Source of the DNA: a virus
Taxonomy: Duplodnaviria; Caudoviricetes
DNA length: 61,688 nucleotides
Virus record (IMG/VR): IMGVR_UViG_3300034104_001758
Span: 1-61,688 of that record
Strand: one strand, 5' to 3'
Part shown: positions 1 to 9,240 of the stretch, one piece after another
Layout: every line of letters starts with the position of its first letter
Numbering within the stretch: the first letter of the stretch is position 1
The notes under the pieces: model-generated
Seen by the model: only the letters and a program-made list of their open reading frames with translations
What the model was told of the DNA's origin: nothing
Database searches by the model: none
Position numbers and translations under genes: made by a program

Positions 1-1125
1 TCGGCAACAATTGTTAATTCTGGTACTTCGGGTTCAGCAATTTTTGATTTTACAATTCCCCGTGGCGATACTGGTGCTACTGGAGCCACGGGAGCCACAG
101 GAGCCACTGGTAGCGCGGCAACCATAACAGTTGGAACCGTAACAACAGGAGCGGCAGGAACTTCAGCAACAGTTACAAATTCGGGAACCACAGGAGCGGC
201 GGTTTTTGATTTTCAAATTCCTCAAGGTGTTTCTGGAGACCCAACCCCAACTGGTTCTGTAATAACTTTTGCTGGTTCTACTTCTCCAACTGGCTGGCTT
301 TTGTGTGATGGAACCGCTGTTGATAGAACAACTTATGCTTCACTGTTTGCTGTAGTTGGAACAACTTATGGAGCAGGTAATGGAACAACAACTTTTAACA
401 TTCCAAACTTGCAAGATAGGTTTGCTATTGGAAAAAGTGGCACTAGGGCTTTAGGTACAACTGGTGGAGCGTCTACATACACCTTAACGGTAAGTAATAT
501 TCCTCAACACTCACATTCTATTGACCACGACCATGCTTCATTTACTTCTGGCGCTGGCAGTGCTCACGGTCACACAGACACATTAGCGGCGCCCGCTCAC
601 ACGCACACTACAAACATTACTCACGGTCACGGAGATAGTTTAGCCGCTCCTGCTCATACGCATACAACTAATATTGCTCACGGTCACGCTGATACTTTTG
701 CGACTGCGGCTGATTCTCACGACCACGAAACCAATACCATTGGTGATAACGCATCATTTCTGTCTGGTTCTGGACAAAACTATCGTTACACTGGCACACC
801 TTCTACTCTTGCGACTGATTCTGATTCACACAGTCACACGATTACTGGTGGGGTTACTGCCCTCGGTACTACAAACGTAACTTCAACTGGAGCAAGCGAT
901 ACTGCGCTAACTGGCGCGGTTACTGCCCTTGGCGATACTGCTACGGCTTCAAGCGGTGCAAGTGCAACTGCCCTAACAGGCTCAATTAATAATGAATCCG
1001 CTCATACGCACTCAATAGATGTTCCTGCTCTTACTGGAACTTCTGGAAACTATGGAACAGCATCTCCAACCGCAGTTGACATTATTCCACCGTATCTATC
1101 ACTCAACTACATAATAAAGGTATAA
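1..1125 (+). CDS. C-terminal part of tail fibre (collagen-like repeats, tail collar domain, HxH-rich tip); continues from 60935 across the window ends
   Basis: Frame 1 is open from base 1 to 1125. GATGAT repeats, collar motif GWLLCDG...YASLFAVVGTTYGAGNGTTTFNIPNLQDRF, terminal PPYLSLNYIIK. Confidence 0.85.
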   Translation, partial: SATIVNSGTSGSAIFDFTIPRGDTGATGATGATGATGSAATITVGTVTTGAAGTSATVTNSGTTGAAVFDFQIPQGVSGDPTPTGSVITFAGSTSPTGWLLCDGTAVDRTTYASLFAVVGTTYGAGNGTTTFNIPNLQDRFAIGKSGTRALGTTGGASTYTLTVSNIPQHSHSIDHDHASFTSGAGSAHGHTDTLAAPAHTHTTNITHGHGDSLAAPAHTHTTNIAHGHADTFATAADSHDHETNTIGDNASFLSGSGQNYRYTGTPSTLATDSDSHSHTITGGVTALGTTNVTSTGASDTALTGAVTALGDTATASSGASATALTGSINNESAHTHSIDVPALTGTSGNYGTASPTAVDIIPPYLSLNYIIKV

Positions 1126-1130
1126 ATAAA

Positions 1131-1301
1131 ATGAAAATAACAGTAAAAAATCCAATTGATAATTCTGATATAGAGGTTGAACTAAACGTAACTACCAGTT
1201 TGTCAACTTTTGAAAATGGAAGCATGATGCTTTCTGTGCATGGTCGTGGTGAAGTAATGTTAAATGAAATAATTATTGATGAAGTAATTACTGAGAGTTA
1301 A
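1131..1301 (+). CDS. small hypothetical protein (56 aa)
   Basis: Hand-translated MKITVKNPIDNSDIEV...; starts directly after the fibre stop. Confidence 0.6.
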   Translation: MKITVKNPIDNSDIEVELNVTTSLSTFENGSMMLSVHGRGEVMLNEIIIDEVITES

Positions 1302-1328
1302 ATCAAAAGATTTAATTTTTGAGGGCAA

Positions 1329-1616
1329 ATGGAAATTATTTTAATGGTTGGTGCCGTAGTCGGCGCCATTTTAGTTGTTTTTGGTGGCGTTGTTTCTATT
1401 TATCGCCTTGTAAGGCGCATAGATAACTCAATTGGGCTAGACCAAGATGGTCGCACGGTTACTGACCGAATGGGCAGAGTTGAGCACCAATTATGGCCTA
1501 ATGGCGGGTCAAGTTTAGCCGATAAAGTCAATGAGTTAGACCGTCAAAGCCGTGAAACCTCTGGAGAAGTTAAAGTAATCCTAAACCTGTTGCAAATAAT
1601 GGTCGCTAAGGATTAG
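1329..1616 (+). CDS. membrane protein typical of actinophage tail-end/lysis regions
   Basis: N-terminal TM helix and PNGGSSLAD motif. Confidence 0.65.
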   Translation: MEIILMVGAVVGAILVVFGGVVSIYRLVRRIDNSIGLDQDGRTVTDRMGRVEHQLWPNGGSSLADKVNELDRQSRETSGEVKVILNLLQIMVAKD

Positions 1617-1622
1617 ACTGAG

Positions 1623-1693
1623 GGCGAGCCGTGAAGGGAGTGGACTCGGCTCGCCCCAGCCGAGCAAGTTGGGAACCCCTTACCAACTCGCTC
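1623..1693 (+). terminator. two tandem hairpins ending the late operon
   Basis: GGGCGAGCCG...CGGCTCGCCC and GAGCAAGTTGG...CCAACTCGCTC. Confidence 0.5.
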
Positions 1694-1758
1694 TCGCACT
1701 AAAAGATGTCAGTGCTGACTGCTAGTTTTTCATTCAAAGCATTACGTTACAAGCCGAG

Positions 1759-1805
1759 TTGACACATCTAAACCAAGGGTGTACTTTTGTATCTAACGAA
1801 GGGAG
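1759..1805 (+). promoter_or_regulatory. sigma70-type promoter with CTAAACC element and GAAGGGAG RBS
   Basis: TTGACA (1759-1764), 17 bp spacer, TACTTT (1782-1787). Confidence 0.7.
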
Positions 1806-1814
1806 AAATAAATT

Positions 1815-2357
1815 ATGGATGAATTATCTATAAATGATTTCGAAATAGAAGAACACGAAGAGTTGAAAGAATCTTTTCGCATTATTGATGACGCTGGCGC
1901 TGTTTGGGCTATGCGTAAGTTAGCAGTTCAACAAAAGCAGATTCACGACAATTATGAAATTGCTGACAAAGAAACCGCTCGCATTGATGAATGGTTAAAA
2001 AAAGTAAACGCCAAGCCACAACAAAGTGCTGATTATTTCACAGCAATTTTAATTGAGTACGCACGTTCCCAAAGGAACGAATCAGGTAGAAAATCTATTC
2101 AGTTACCTCATGGAGTAGTCAAGTCTCGTGTGACCAATCCAAAAATTAAGGTTGAAGATGTTGAACTATTTATCAAATGGGCTGAAACCAATAACCTTGG
2201 AGATTTAGTTCGCATTAAGAAAGAACCAGCCGTATCCGATTTCAAGACAGTATTTGAAATCTCAGGAGACAAAGCAGTACACGTTGCAACAGGTGAAATT
2301 GTTGAAGGCGTAACCATTGCACCAGAATCAATTAACTTCTCAGTAGAACCAGAATAG
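1815..2357 (+). CDS. Mu Gam-like host-nuclease inhibitor
   Basis: F.I.DD..A.WAMRKL, coiled coil, KSIQLPHGVVKSR, TGEIVEGV. Confidence 0.75.
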   Translation: MDELSINDFEIEEHEELKESFRIIDDAGAVWAMRKLAVQQKQIHDNYEIADKETARIDEWLKKVNAKPQQSADYFTAILIEYARSQRNESGRKSIQLPHGVVKSRVTNPKIKVEDVELFIKWAETNNLGDLVRIKKEPAVSDFKTVFEISGDKAVHVATGEIVEGVTIAPESINFSVEPE

Positions 2358-2365
2358 GACATCCC

Positions 2366-2980
2366 GTGTCAGAAACCCCAACAATAGTTCAAGCACTTGC
2401 CAAGGTAATGGAAGAAGTCCAGTCCGTAGGCAAGAAAGACCGCAACACATCCCAAGGATTTAGTTTCCGTGGTATTGACGCAGTTGTTAATGCCGTTGCC
2501 CCAGCCCTACGAAAGCACCAAGTCATTGTTGTGCCGAATGTTTTAGAGCACCATTACTCATCAGTTGAAATTGGTAAAAACCGAACACCAATGAGTCATG
2601 TAACCCTAAAAGTTTCATACAAATTTATTGGTCAAGGTGGAGATTGGATTGAAGCCATAGTTTTGGCAGAAGCCATGGATTCAGGGGATAAGGCTATCTC
2701 AAAGGCAATGTCAGTTGCTTTCCGTACAGCGCTACTTCAATCACTGGCTCTGCCAACGGATGAACCAGACCCAGACGCGAGTTCATACGAACGCTCAACG
2801 CCAAAGCCATCTGCTACATTGGACGACTACAACACTTTGCACGCAGGACTCCTCGAAGCAGACACCAAAGAATCCTTAACATCATTAGCCCAAAAAGTAT
2901 CTGAGTTCAATTTCTCTGAGGAGGAAAAGAAGTCCCTTCGTGTTGTATACACAAAGCGATTTACCGAACTCGAAGGATAA
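2366..2980 (+). CDS. erf: ERF-family ssDNA annealing protein
   Basis: [13 protein letters not shown]...[33 protein letters not shown]. Confidence 0.8.
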   Translation: MSETPTIVQALAKVMEEVQSVGKKDRNTSQGFSFRGIDAVVNAVAPALRKHQVIVVPNVLEHHYSSVEIGKNRTPMSHVTLKVSYKFIGQGGDWIEAIVLAEAMDSGDKAISKAMSVAFRTALLQSLALPTDEPDPDASSYERSTPKPSATLDDYNTLHAGLLEADTKESLTSLAQKVSEFNFSEEEKKSLRVVYTKRFTELEG

Positions 2981-2984
2981 AAAC

Positions 2985-3755
2985 ATGGCTATCATCAGGG
3001 CAAAACGCCCAAATCAAAACTTCACGACCCTCAGAAATGAAGTATTACGCGACAAGCGTTTGTCATATAGGGCAAGAGGTATTTTGTCCTCAATCCTGTC
3101 TCATGTAGACGACTGGAAGACAAGCGCGGAATCCTTGTCTCGTGACGCTACTGAGGGTCGTGATGCTATCCGAGTTGCCCTAAAAGAATTAGAAGCATTT
3201 GGCTATCTCGTAAGGGAAAAGCGCCAAGAGCAAAGCGGTCATTGGGTAACAAATTGGTATGTCTATGATGAGCCAGTTTCAACCGACAGCGGATTTCCAG
3301 TCATCGGTGAACCAGCCATCGGTAAACCGACTGTCGGTGAGTCAGGCACTATAAGAAATACTAATATTAAAGACCAAGAAGAAAAGATATTACAACCTGC
3401 GGTTGTAACTGCTCAAACGGTTCTTGCCAGATACATAGATACTTGGCGAGAGTTGCACCAAGAAGAACCATTGAAAACCCAAATGGGGATTATTTCTCGC
3501 GAAGCCAAAAAGTTATTGGCAAACGGGGCTAACCCCGAAACGCTTTTAAGTTCAGCCCAGAAATGCGCTGAAGACGGTCACTCAAGGTTAGATGCGTCTT
3601 ACGCTTGGATAAAAGCAAGTGGAACCCGTACAGGAAATAAGTCAAAGCGTTTGACAAACATAAACCAAGGATTAGATTTAATCCAGCAGTTCGAAGCCGA
3701 AGAAAATCAACAGAGCGCCTACGAAGTATTGGAGTTGACCAGTGAAGAAGAGTGA
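2985..3755 (+). CDS. replication initiator, N-terminal HTH
   Basis: [23 protein letters not shown]...[18 protein letters not shown]; start moved to ATG 2985 after GAAGGA. Confidence 0.7.
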   Translation: MAIIRAKRPNQNFTTLRNEVLRDKRLSYRARGILSSILSHVDDWKTSAESLSRDATEGRDAIRVALKELEAFGYLVREKRQEQSGHWVTNWYVYDEPVSTDSGFPVIGEPAIGKPTVGESGTIRNTNIKDQEEKILQPAVVTAQTVLARYIDTWRELHQEEPLKTQMGIISREAKKLLANGANPETLLSSAQKCAEDGHSRLDASYAWIKASGTRTGNKSKRLTNINQGLDLIQQFEAEENQQSAYEVLELTSEEE

Positions 3756-4077
3756 AATAGCCAAGATTCTTACAGTTGCCAAGTCTCTAGATGATTGGGT
3801 AACGGTTGACGAGCCGAGAATTATGGCTTGGCAATTAGCGTTGATTCCAGAGGTAACTTATGAGTTCGCTCTAGAAGCCGTAGGACGCCATTACAGCCGT
3901 TCTGACAAGCCGTTGATGCCCGTCCACATAAACGACCCTTGGAGGGCTTACAGAGCCGATTTACACGCTAGAAATAGTGTTCTACAGTTGGGCAACCAAG
4001 ATTCTGTACCGCCAACCGAAATTTACCTAAAAATGCGTCAAGCCCTACAACAGATAAGCGAGGAAAAGAGTGTCTAA
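3742..4077 (+). CDS. putative helicase loader/inhibitor (G39P-like)
   Basis: Follows the initiator; pattern AW..AL......A..AV..HY......MP. Confidence 0.5.
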   Translation: MKKSEIAKILTVAKSLDDWVTVDEPRIMAWQLALIPEVTYEFALEAVGRHYSRSDKPLMPVHINDPWRAYRADLHARNSVLQLGNQDSVPPTEIYLKMRQALQQISEEKSV

Positions 4078-4429
4078 GTCCGAGGGAGTAGATTCCTACA
4101 CCAGATTGCAGGTGCTAACACGAGCGCACTTTGCTTGTGAGCGTTGTGGGTCAGTTCAAGAACCTATGAGCGTTCATCACCGAACACCAAGAGGAATGGG
4201 TGGAAGTCGCAAGAAGGAAATTAACCAGCCCCAAAACTTATTGCTTTTGTGTGGCACAGGAACATCTGGATGCCACGGCTGGATTGAGAGTTACCGAGAA
4301 CAAGCGTATCTAGACGGATACCTTGTCAAGCGCGGGTTCAAGCCCGAAAAAATTCCAGTTGTAACACCTAAAGAATCAAGATTTGTAATTAAAGAAGATG
4401 GAACTAAGGAGTGGTTAGACAATGTTTAA
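4070..4429 (+). CDS. HNH endonuclease
   Basis: CERCG...HHR..RGMGG...NLLLLCG.GT.GCHGWIE. Confidence 0.8.
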   Translation: MSKSEGVDSYTRLQVLTRAHFACERCGSVQEPMSVHHRTPRGMGGSRKKEINQPQNLLLLCGTGTSGCHGWIESYREQAYLDGYLVKRGFKPEKIPVVTPKESRFVIKEDGTKEWLDNV

Positions 4430-4610
4430 GAAAAAAACAGATGAATACCAATTACGCCAAAGCATTGTGACCGAGATTTATAGAGTTCAACAAGACATTT
4501 TGTCGGAATCTATTTCTTGGTCGCCAGACAAGTTGGCAATTATCAGAGATTGTTTTGACATCTCAGCAAAAATAGCAAGTGGTTTTGAAACCAAAAGATT
4601 AAGTCTGTAA
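4422..4610 (+). CDS. hypothetical protein
   Basis: Overlaps the upstream gene, operon context. Confidence 0.55.
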   Translation: MFKKKTDEYQLRQSIVTEIYRVQQDILSESISWSPDKLAIIRDCFDISAKIASGFETKRLSL

Positions 4611-4636
4611 ACGAAATAAACGCAAGGGAGAAAATA

Positions 4637-4933
4637 ATGGCTAAAAAATTAACGGGCACCGAATGGTTACGCGCCCACATGGAAGATAACGGCTGGACAA
4701 CTTATGAACAAGTTGCTCAAAGATGCGGAATTAACAGAGGAAACTTACACAGGTATTTCTCATTTGAAACCCGTCCGAGTGTGGACATGATTCCAGTGCT
4801 ATGCAATGCGCTAAAGGTTGACATCCATGAGTTGCTTGATGCGCTTGAAGTTGAAAAACCTAAGCAAGTGTTTGCAAAGAAAAAGATTGCAAAGATTACG
4901 GGAGCAAAGCACCTTTCATTGGTTAAACGATGA
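4637..4933 (+). CDS. XRE-type HTH DNA-binding protein
   Basis: YEQVAQRCGINRGNLHRYFSFETRPS; AAGGGAG RBS. Confidence 0.75.
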   Translation: MAKKLTGTEWLRAHMEDNGWTTYEQVAQRCGINRGNLHRYFSFETRPSVDMIPVLCNALKVDIHELLDALEVEKPKQVFAKKKIAKITGAKHLSLVKR

Positions 4934-5133
4934 CGATGAACTGGAAATTTATGCTGGATTCCAAAGACAAAACCATTGACAGACTTTGGGACAGCGTAAA
5001 CCGAGTTCGAATGTTACACAGCCCTAGTTATCCAATTAGCAGGGAAGATAATCCTTGCCGTAAATGTGGGGAACAGTATCCGTGCTCAACCATAAACGCC
5101 TTGAAGGGAGACCCATTTCGTGATAAAACTTAA
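4930..5133 (+). CDS. small Cys/His protein (RVRxLH...CxxC...YPCxT family)
   Basis: Motif shared with 20987-21143. Confidence 0.6.
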   Translation: MTMNWKFMLDSKDKTIDRLWDSVNRVRMLHSPSYPISREDNPCRKCGEQYPCSTINALKGDPFRDKT

Positions 5134-5689
5134 ATTTTCTTCTTATGCTTTATCTCCAGAAGAAGAAGCGATAGTTGCAAAAGTTGGTTATCAAAGACAA
5201 CTACCTTATTTAGCAAGACCAGATAAAAACAGAAACTATAGCGAAGGTGACGTTTGGGAAATCTGGCAACATTCCATAGCGGCTGGAGCAGAGTTGGCTT
5301 TCGCGCGTATGTGCGGTCTTAATAATTTTGTGCCACACGTCAATAAATTTAAAAGCGAAAAAGATGTTGGAAATTATGAAATTCGCTATTCATTTCAAAA
5401 TAGAAATTTAAGGCTTTCAAAATACGATGACGAATCATCTGCTTATTTTTTATTAATTGACGGTTTGTTGCGTAAGTTTAAAAGAAATCCTGATAATGGC
5501 TGGATTTCAGAACCATACAGAGTTATTGGCTGGGCTACTGGCAAGGAAATAAAAGAACGAGGTAACTTAACCAAATGGGGTTCTTGGGAACTTCCAGCCC
5601 GCTTTTTAAACCAAATTGAGTTAAACGAAACGCCAACAGCCGAATTGCTAAAATCAACAAAAGGAGAACCATTTCGTGCACAAGATTAA
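5120..5689 (+). CDS. hypothetical protein, possible PD-(D/E)xK-like nuclease
   Basis: GAELAFA...DV..YEIR pattern. Confidence 0.45.
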   Translation: MIKLKFSSYALSPEEEAIVAKVGYQRQLPYLARPDKNRNYSEGDVWEIWQHSIAAGAELAFARMCGLNNFVPHVNKFKSEKDVGNYEIRYSFQNRNLRLSKYDDESSAYFLLIDGLLRKFKRNPDNGWISEPYRVIGWATGKEIKERGNLTKWGSWELPARFLNQIELNETPTAELLKSTKGEPFRAQD

Positions 5690-6101
5690 TAGCGTTGATG
5701 ATTATTTAAAAAATCTTTGGTTATGGGATGAATGGAAGTTCACCGAAAACTGGGATAATTGCACACTTAGCGATGTTGATGGGTTTCACTCACACATCAG
5801 TGAGCGAAACTCACATTTCATTCTTGTTGAGATGAAACACTGGGATGGAACGGGTCAACGCCCACAACTTAATAAAAATTCAGGACAGATAAGAGCGTTA
5901 AGACAATTGGGAGTATCAAACCCAAGATTTCTTGTAGTTTTTGGATTTGGGGATACTTCAGTTCATAAAGTTTTTGATTATGAGGTTGTTTATCAAGGAA
6001 AAGATTACAAACCATCTATAGAGTTCAAGCAAATGTTGGATTTATGGTGGAAATCGGCTAATACCGACACGCCAGTAACGGAATTGCTAGAATCAACCTA
6101 G
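5676..6101 (+). CDS. hypothetical protein, possible PD-(D/E)xK-like nuclease
   Basis: SDVDG...FILVEMK...GQ..AL. Confidence 0.5.
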   Translation: MHKINSVDDYLKNLWLWDEWKFTENWDNCTLSDVDGFHSHISERNSHFILVEMKHWDGTGQRPQLNKNSGQIRALRQLGVSNPRFLVVFGFGDTSVHKVFDYEVVYQGKDYKPSIEFKQMLDLWWKSANTDTPVTELLEST

Positions 6102-6119
6102 GTTGTTAAACTCAAGTTT

Positions 6120-6500
6120 ATGCCTGATACGCAGGAACGCATAAGTTACACCTTATGTTTTTCTCAAAAGCCGTGGACTACCAATGCTGAACGCGCTGGT
6201 AATCGGTGGCAACGGGCAGAACTGGTAAAGACTTGGAGAACCGCTTTCAAGTATTTAGCACAACAACAGAGAATCCCAATGCTCATTGATGTAACTATCA
6301 CCGCACAACCGCACCAGAAAAGTGGTCGGTTGCAAGATGTGTCTGCCTGTAACCCAGCAGTCAAAGCGGCGATAGACGGATTAGTGGACGCGGGAGTTAT
6401 GCAGGATGATTCCCCAGAGTTCCTAACAGCAATAACATTTCTACAACCAGTAAGAGCAGAGAACGCATTAACCCTACACATAACAGGAACACCAAAATGA
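6120..6500 (+). CDS. RusA-like Holliday junction resolvase
   Basis: QD......VKAAIDGLVDAGVMQDDS. Confidence 0.75.
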   Translation: MPDTQERISYTLCFSQKPWTTNAERAGNRWQRAELVKTWRTAFKYLAQQQRIPMLIDVTITAQPHQKSGRLQDVSACNPAVKAAIDGLVDAGVMQDDSPEFLTAITFLQPVRAENALTLHITGTPK

Positions 6501-6772
6501 TAATCGTGCCTAATAAAGACACTGACTTGCAATCTTCACTTGAAGAAGTCCGTGTACTAACAACACTGATGAATGAAAACAAAAACAAAATCAAGGAACT
6601 ACAGGAAAGACGCCTATCCGCAATTATCTACTTGCGCGAATCAGGAGTTACCTATAGCGAGATAGCAAAATACATGGGAACTACTTACCAAAGCATTTAC
6701 AAGGTGCTTAAAGATTCCAATGTAAAACCGAAGAAAACAGTTCGTAAGAAAACTTCTAAAAAGGAGAAGTAA
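6497..6772 (+). CDS. HTH DNA-binding protein
   Basis: GVTYSEIAKYMGTTYQSIYK. Confidence 0.7.
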   Translation: MIIVPNKDTDLQSSLEEVRVLTTLMNENKNKIKELQERRLSAIIYLRESGVTYSEIAKYMGTTYQSIYKVLKDSNVKPKKTVRKKTSKKEK

Positions 6773-6976
6773 ATGACAGCGACAACAATGAGCCTAGTCC
6801 GAGCATTAGCGTGCAGAGATGAAATCACTCAAGCAGAAGAAGATGTTGCACAAGTAGCAATCGAATGGTTTGCCAATTGGTTACGCCATAAAGCAGAAGC
6901 AGAACTTATTGATGGAGATTCAGCGGGTGCTGAGACATTGATTAAGACCGCTTACGCATTACAAAACATGGAGTAA
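6773..6976 (+). CDS. hypothetical protein
   Basis: AAGGAG RBS, adjacent to both neighbours. Confidence 0.6.
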   Translation: MTATTMSLVRALACRDEITQAEEDVAQVAIEWFANWLRHKAEAELIDGDSAGAETLIKTAYALQNME

Positions 6977-6981
6977 ATTTA

Positions 6982-8394
6982 ATGGGAGCCAACATACGGC
7001 TAACCGATACCGAAGTAGTCCCGATGATACTTTTGTTTCCCCATCCCGAAAATGCTAGACGGGGTGACGTGGATAAAATTGCTGACTCATTAAACCATCA
7101 CGGGCAGTTCAAGCCAATCGTGGTTAATAAGCGAAACAATTTGATTCTTGCTGGAAACCATACATTCTTAGCGGCAAAGAAACTTAAGTGGCGCAACATT
7201 GGCGTTGTTTGGGTTGACGTTGACGAAGTAACCGAAAAAAAGATTCTCATTGTTGACAATCGGACAACAGACTTGAGTTCATACAATGAACCAGCGCTAA
7301 AGTTCATGCTGGAAGAATTACCTGACCTTGAGGGTACAGGGTTCAACATTGACGACCTTGAGATGCTGGATGAATTGCTCAATCAGCCGTTTGAACCAGA
7401 TAACAGTTCGGTAACGCCACCGCAATCAGATGATGACGAATACAAACTAAATCTGTTTACCTTTAAGGCGACCATTGAAGCGGTTATGTATGAAGCATGG
7501 CGAGATGACGTACTGGAAGAAGCAGGGCAATCCAAGCCAAGGGCAGTTCAAATAATCAAAGACCGATTAAAGATTCCACAGCCTGAACCACGGATACGCA
7601 AAGACCCGTCAACATTGCTATCACCGCCAGATGAGTTGAAAACTTCTATGGTGGACATAAACCAATTGCACACCTATCCACATAATCCTCGTGAGGGTGA
7701 CATTGGTGCCATTGCTGATTCACTTGCGACCTTGGGACAGTATCGCCCAATCGTGGCTCGCAAAGACGGAACCATACTTGCGGGTAATCACACCTATCAA
7801 GCGGCGAAGGCTCTCGGCTGGGAAAAGATAGCAGTTACTTACATAACCTGTACGGATGACGAAGCATCGCGCATTGTGTTGGTAGATAACCGAACCTCCG
7901 ATTACGGGTCATACGACACAGACGCCTTGAAGCGCCTAATCACGTCATTGCCAGACTGGAAAGGTACGGGTTATGACGCATCAGATGTTTCTGAGTTGCT
8001 TGGAGGTGGAGCGCCTAAAGCATCGCCAAACACAACCAGCACAACCAATTGCCGTATTGGTGACTTCTCTTTTAGGTCAGACAAACCGACAATGGCTAGA
8101 TGGAGCGCTGGATTAACACTTGCAGATGTAGCAGAGCGACTAGGAATCCCAGACTTCTCGCTAACCGCTCACGAATTCGGTGCAGACCAATCGCGGGTTA
8201 ACACTTCACAGTGGAAAAAACTAAGACAGCAAACACTCGTAAGAGATGACTACAAGTGTCATTATTGCGGGGGAACAGCAAACGAAATAGACCACAAAAC
8301 CTCATACACTAACGGAGGAACAGATGAACCAAGCAATTTGGTTGCTACCTGTACCCCGTGCAATAGAGCAAAGGGGGCGAACAATGACTTTTGA
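6982..8394 (+). CDS. tandem ParB-like domains plus C-terminal HNH
   Basis: Two copies of P.N.R.GD...IADSL...GQ..PIV......ILAGNHT..AAK.L.W; C-terminal CHYCG....IDH......GG.....NLV..C..CN..KG. Confidence 0.8.
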   Translation: MGANIRLTDTEVVPMILLFPHPENARRGDVDKIADSLNHHGQFKPIVVNKRNNLILAGNHTFLAAKKLKWRNIGVVWVDVDEVTEKKILIVDNRTTDLSSYNEPALKFMLEELPDLEGTGFNIDDLEMLDELLNQPFEPDNSSVTPPQSDDDEYKLNLFTFKATIEAVMYEAWRDDVLEEAGQSKPRAVQIIKDRLKIPQPEPRIRKDPSTLLSPPDELKTSMVDINQLHTYPHNPREGDIGAIADSLATLGQYRPIVARKDGTILAGNHTYQAAKALGWEKIAVTYITCTDDEASRIVLVDNRTSDYGSYDTDALKRLITSLPDWKGTGYDASDVSELLGGGAPKASPNTTSTTNCRIGDFSFRSDKPTMARWSAGLTLADVAERLGIPDFSLTAHEFGADQSRVNTSQWKKLRQQTLVRDDYKCHYCGGTANEIDHKTSYTNGGTDEPSNLVATCTPCNRAKGANNDF

Positions 8395-8587
8395 TGAATG
8401 GAAAGAGTTGGTTCTGACAAGAAACCAAATCAAAGAAGCGCCAGAGCACTCACTAATCATGGAAGTAATCGCCAGCATGAAAAGCAATAGGGGAGACAGC
8501 CAACAGTGGGCAAAGCAGTTAGAAGACGCATTGGGTGTTGAGCCGATGACGGTTACAAACATTGATAAAGGTGATAGCAATGGTTAA
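8384..8587 (+). CDS. hypothetical protein
   Basis: ATG 8384 after AAGGGGG. Confidence 0.55.
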   Translation: MTFDEWKELVLTRNQIKEAPEHSLIMEVIASMKSNRGDSQQWAKQLEDALGVEPMTVTNIDKGDSNG

Positions 8588-8667
8588 GAAGTTTCAACCA
8601 AGAGAAGATTGTGAAGATTGCACGGATACCGTGTGTATGTGGCATTGGATGGCAGATGGTGGGACAG

Positions 8668-9231
8668 ATGACTGAGCCAAAGAAAGTCCCAGCCAAGAAA
8701 TCTGTACAAAAAGATGTACAAAAACCTGTACAGAAAAAGGCGACCAAAAAAACAGTTGGACGGGATACAAAACTTACCCCAGAGCGTCAAGAAACTATTC
8801 TTGAAGCGCTAAAAACTGGATGCTACATTGAAACCGCGTGCCTGTACGCAGGTATCTCAGTTGCCACAATGTATAACTGGTTTGAGCGCGGGAAGCGTGA
8901 AAGAGAACGGTTATTGGCGTTTCCAGACGAAAAAATAAATGAAACCGAGGTTGCATTTTTAGAATTCTTGGAAGCAGTAGAAAAAGCACGAGCCACAGCA
9001 GAACTTCGAGCAGTTGCACAGATACAAAAAGCGGCAAGCGAAGGCACATGGCAAGCGGCGTCTTGGTACTTGGAACGCTCCGCACCTAAGCGCTGGGGAC
9101 GTAAAGACTACACAGAACTTACGGGTGAAGATGGCGGTGCTATTCGCATTGACGTAGCCACAGATGAGTTAGAGCGCAAGATTCTTGAAATAGCATCACG
9201 GCGTACAGACGAAATCGAGATAGCAGACTAA
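8668..9231 (+). CDS. terminase small subunit (putative)
   Basis: HTH (ETACLYAGISVATMYNW), WQAASWYLER, directly upstream of the large subunit. Confidence 0.7.
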   Translation: MTEPKKVPAKKSVQKDVQKPVQKKATKKTVGRDTKLTPERQETILEALKTGCYIETACLYAGISVATMYNWFERGKRERERLLAFPDEKINETEVAFLEFLEAVEKARATAELRAVAQIQKAASEGTWQAASWYLERSAPKRWGRKDYTELTGEDGGAIRIDVATDELERKILEIASRRTDEIEIAD

Positions 9232-9240
9232 ACTTTAGTT

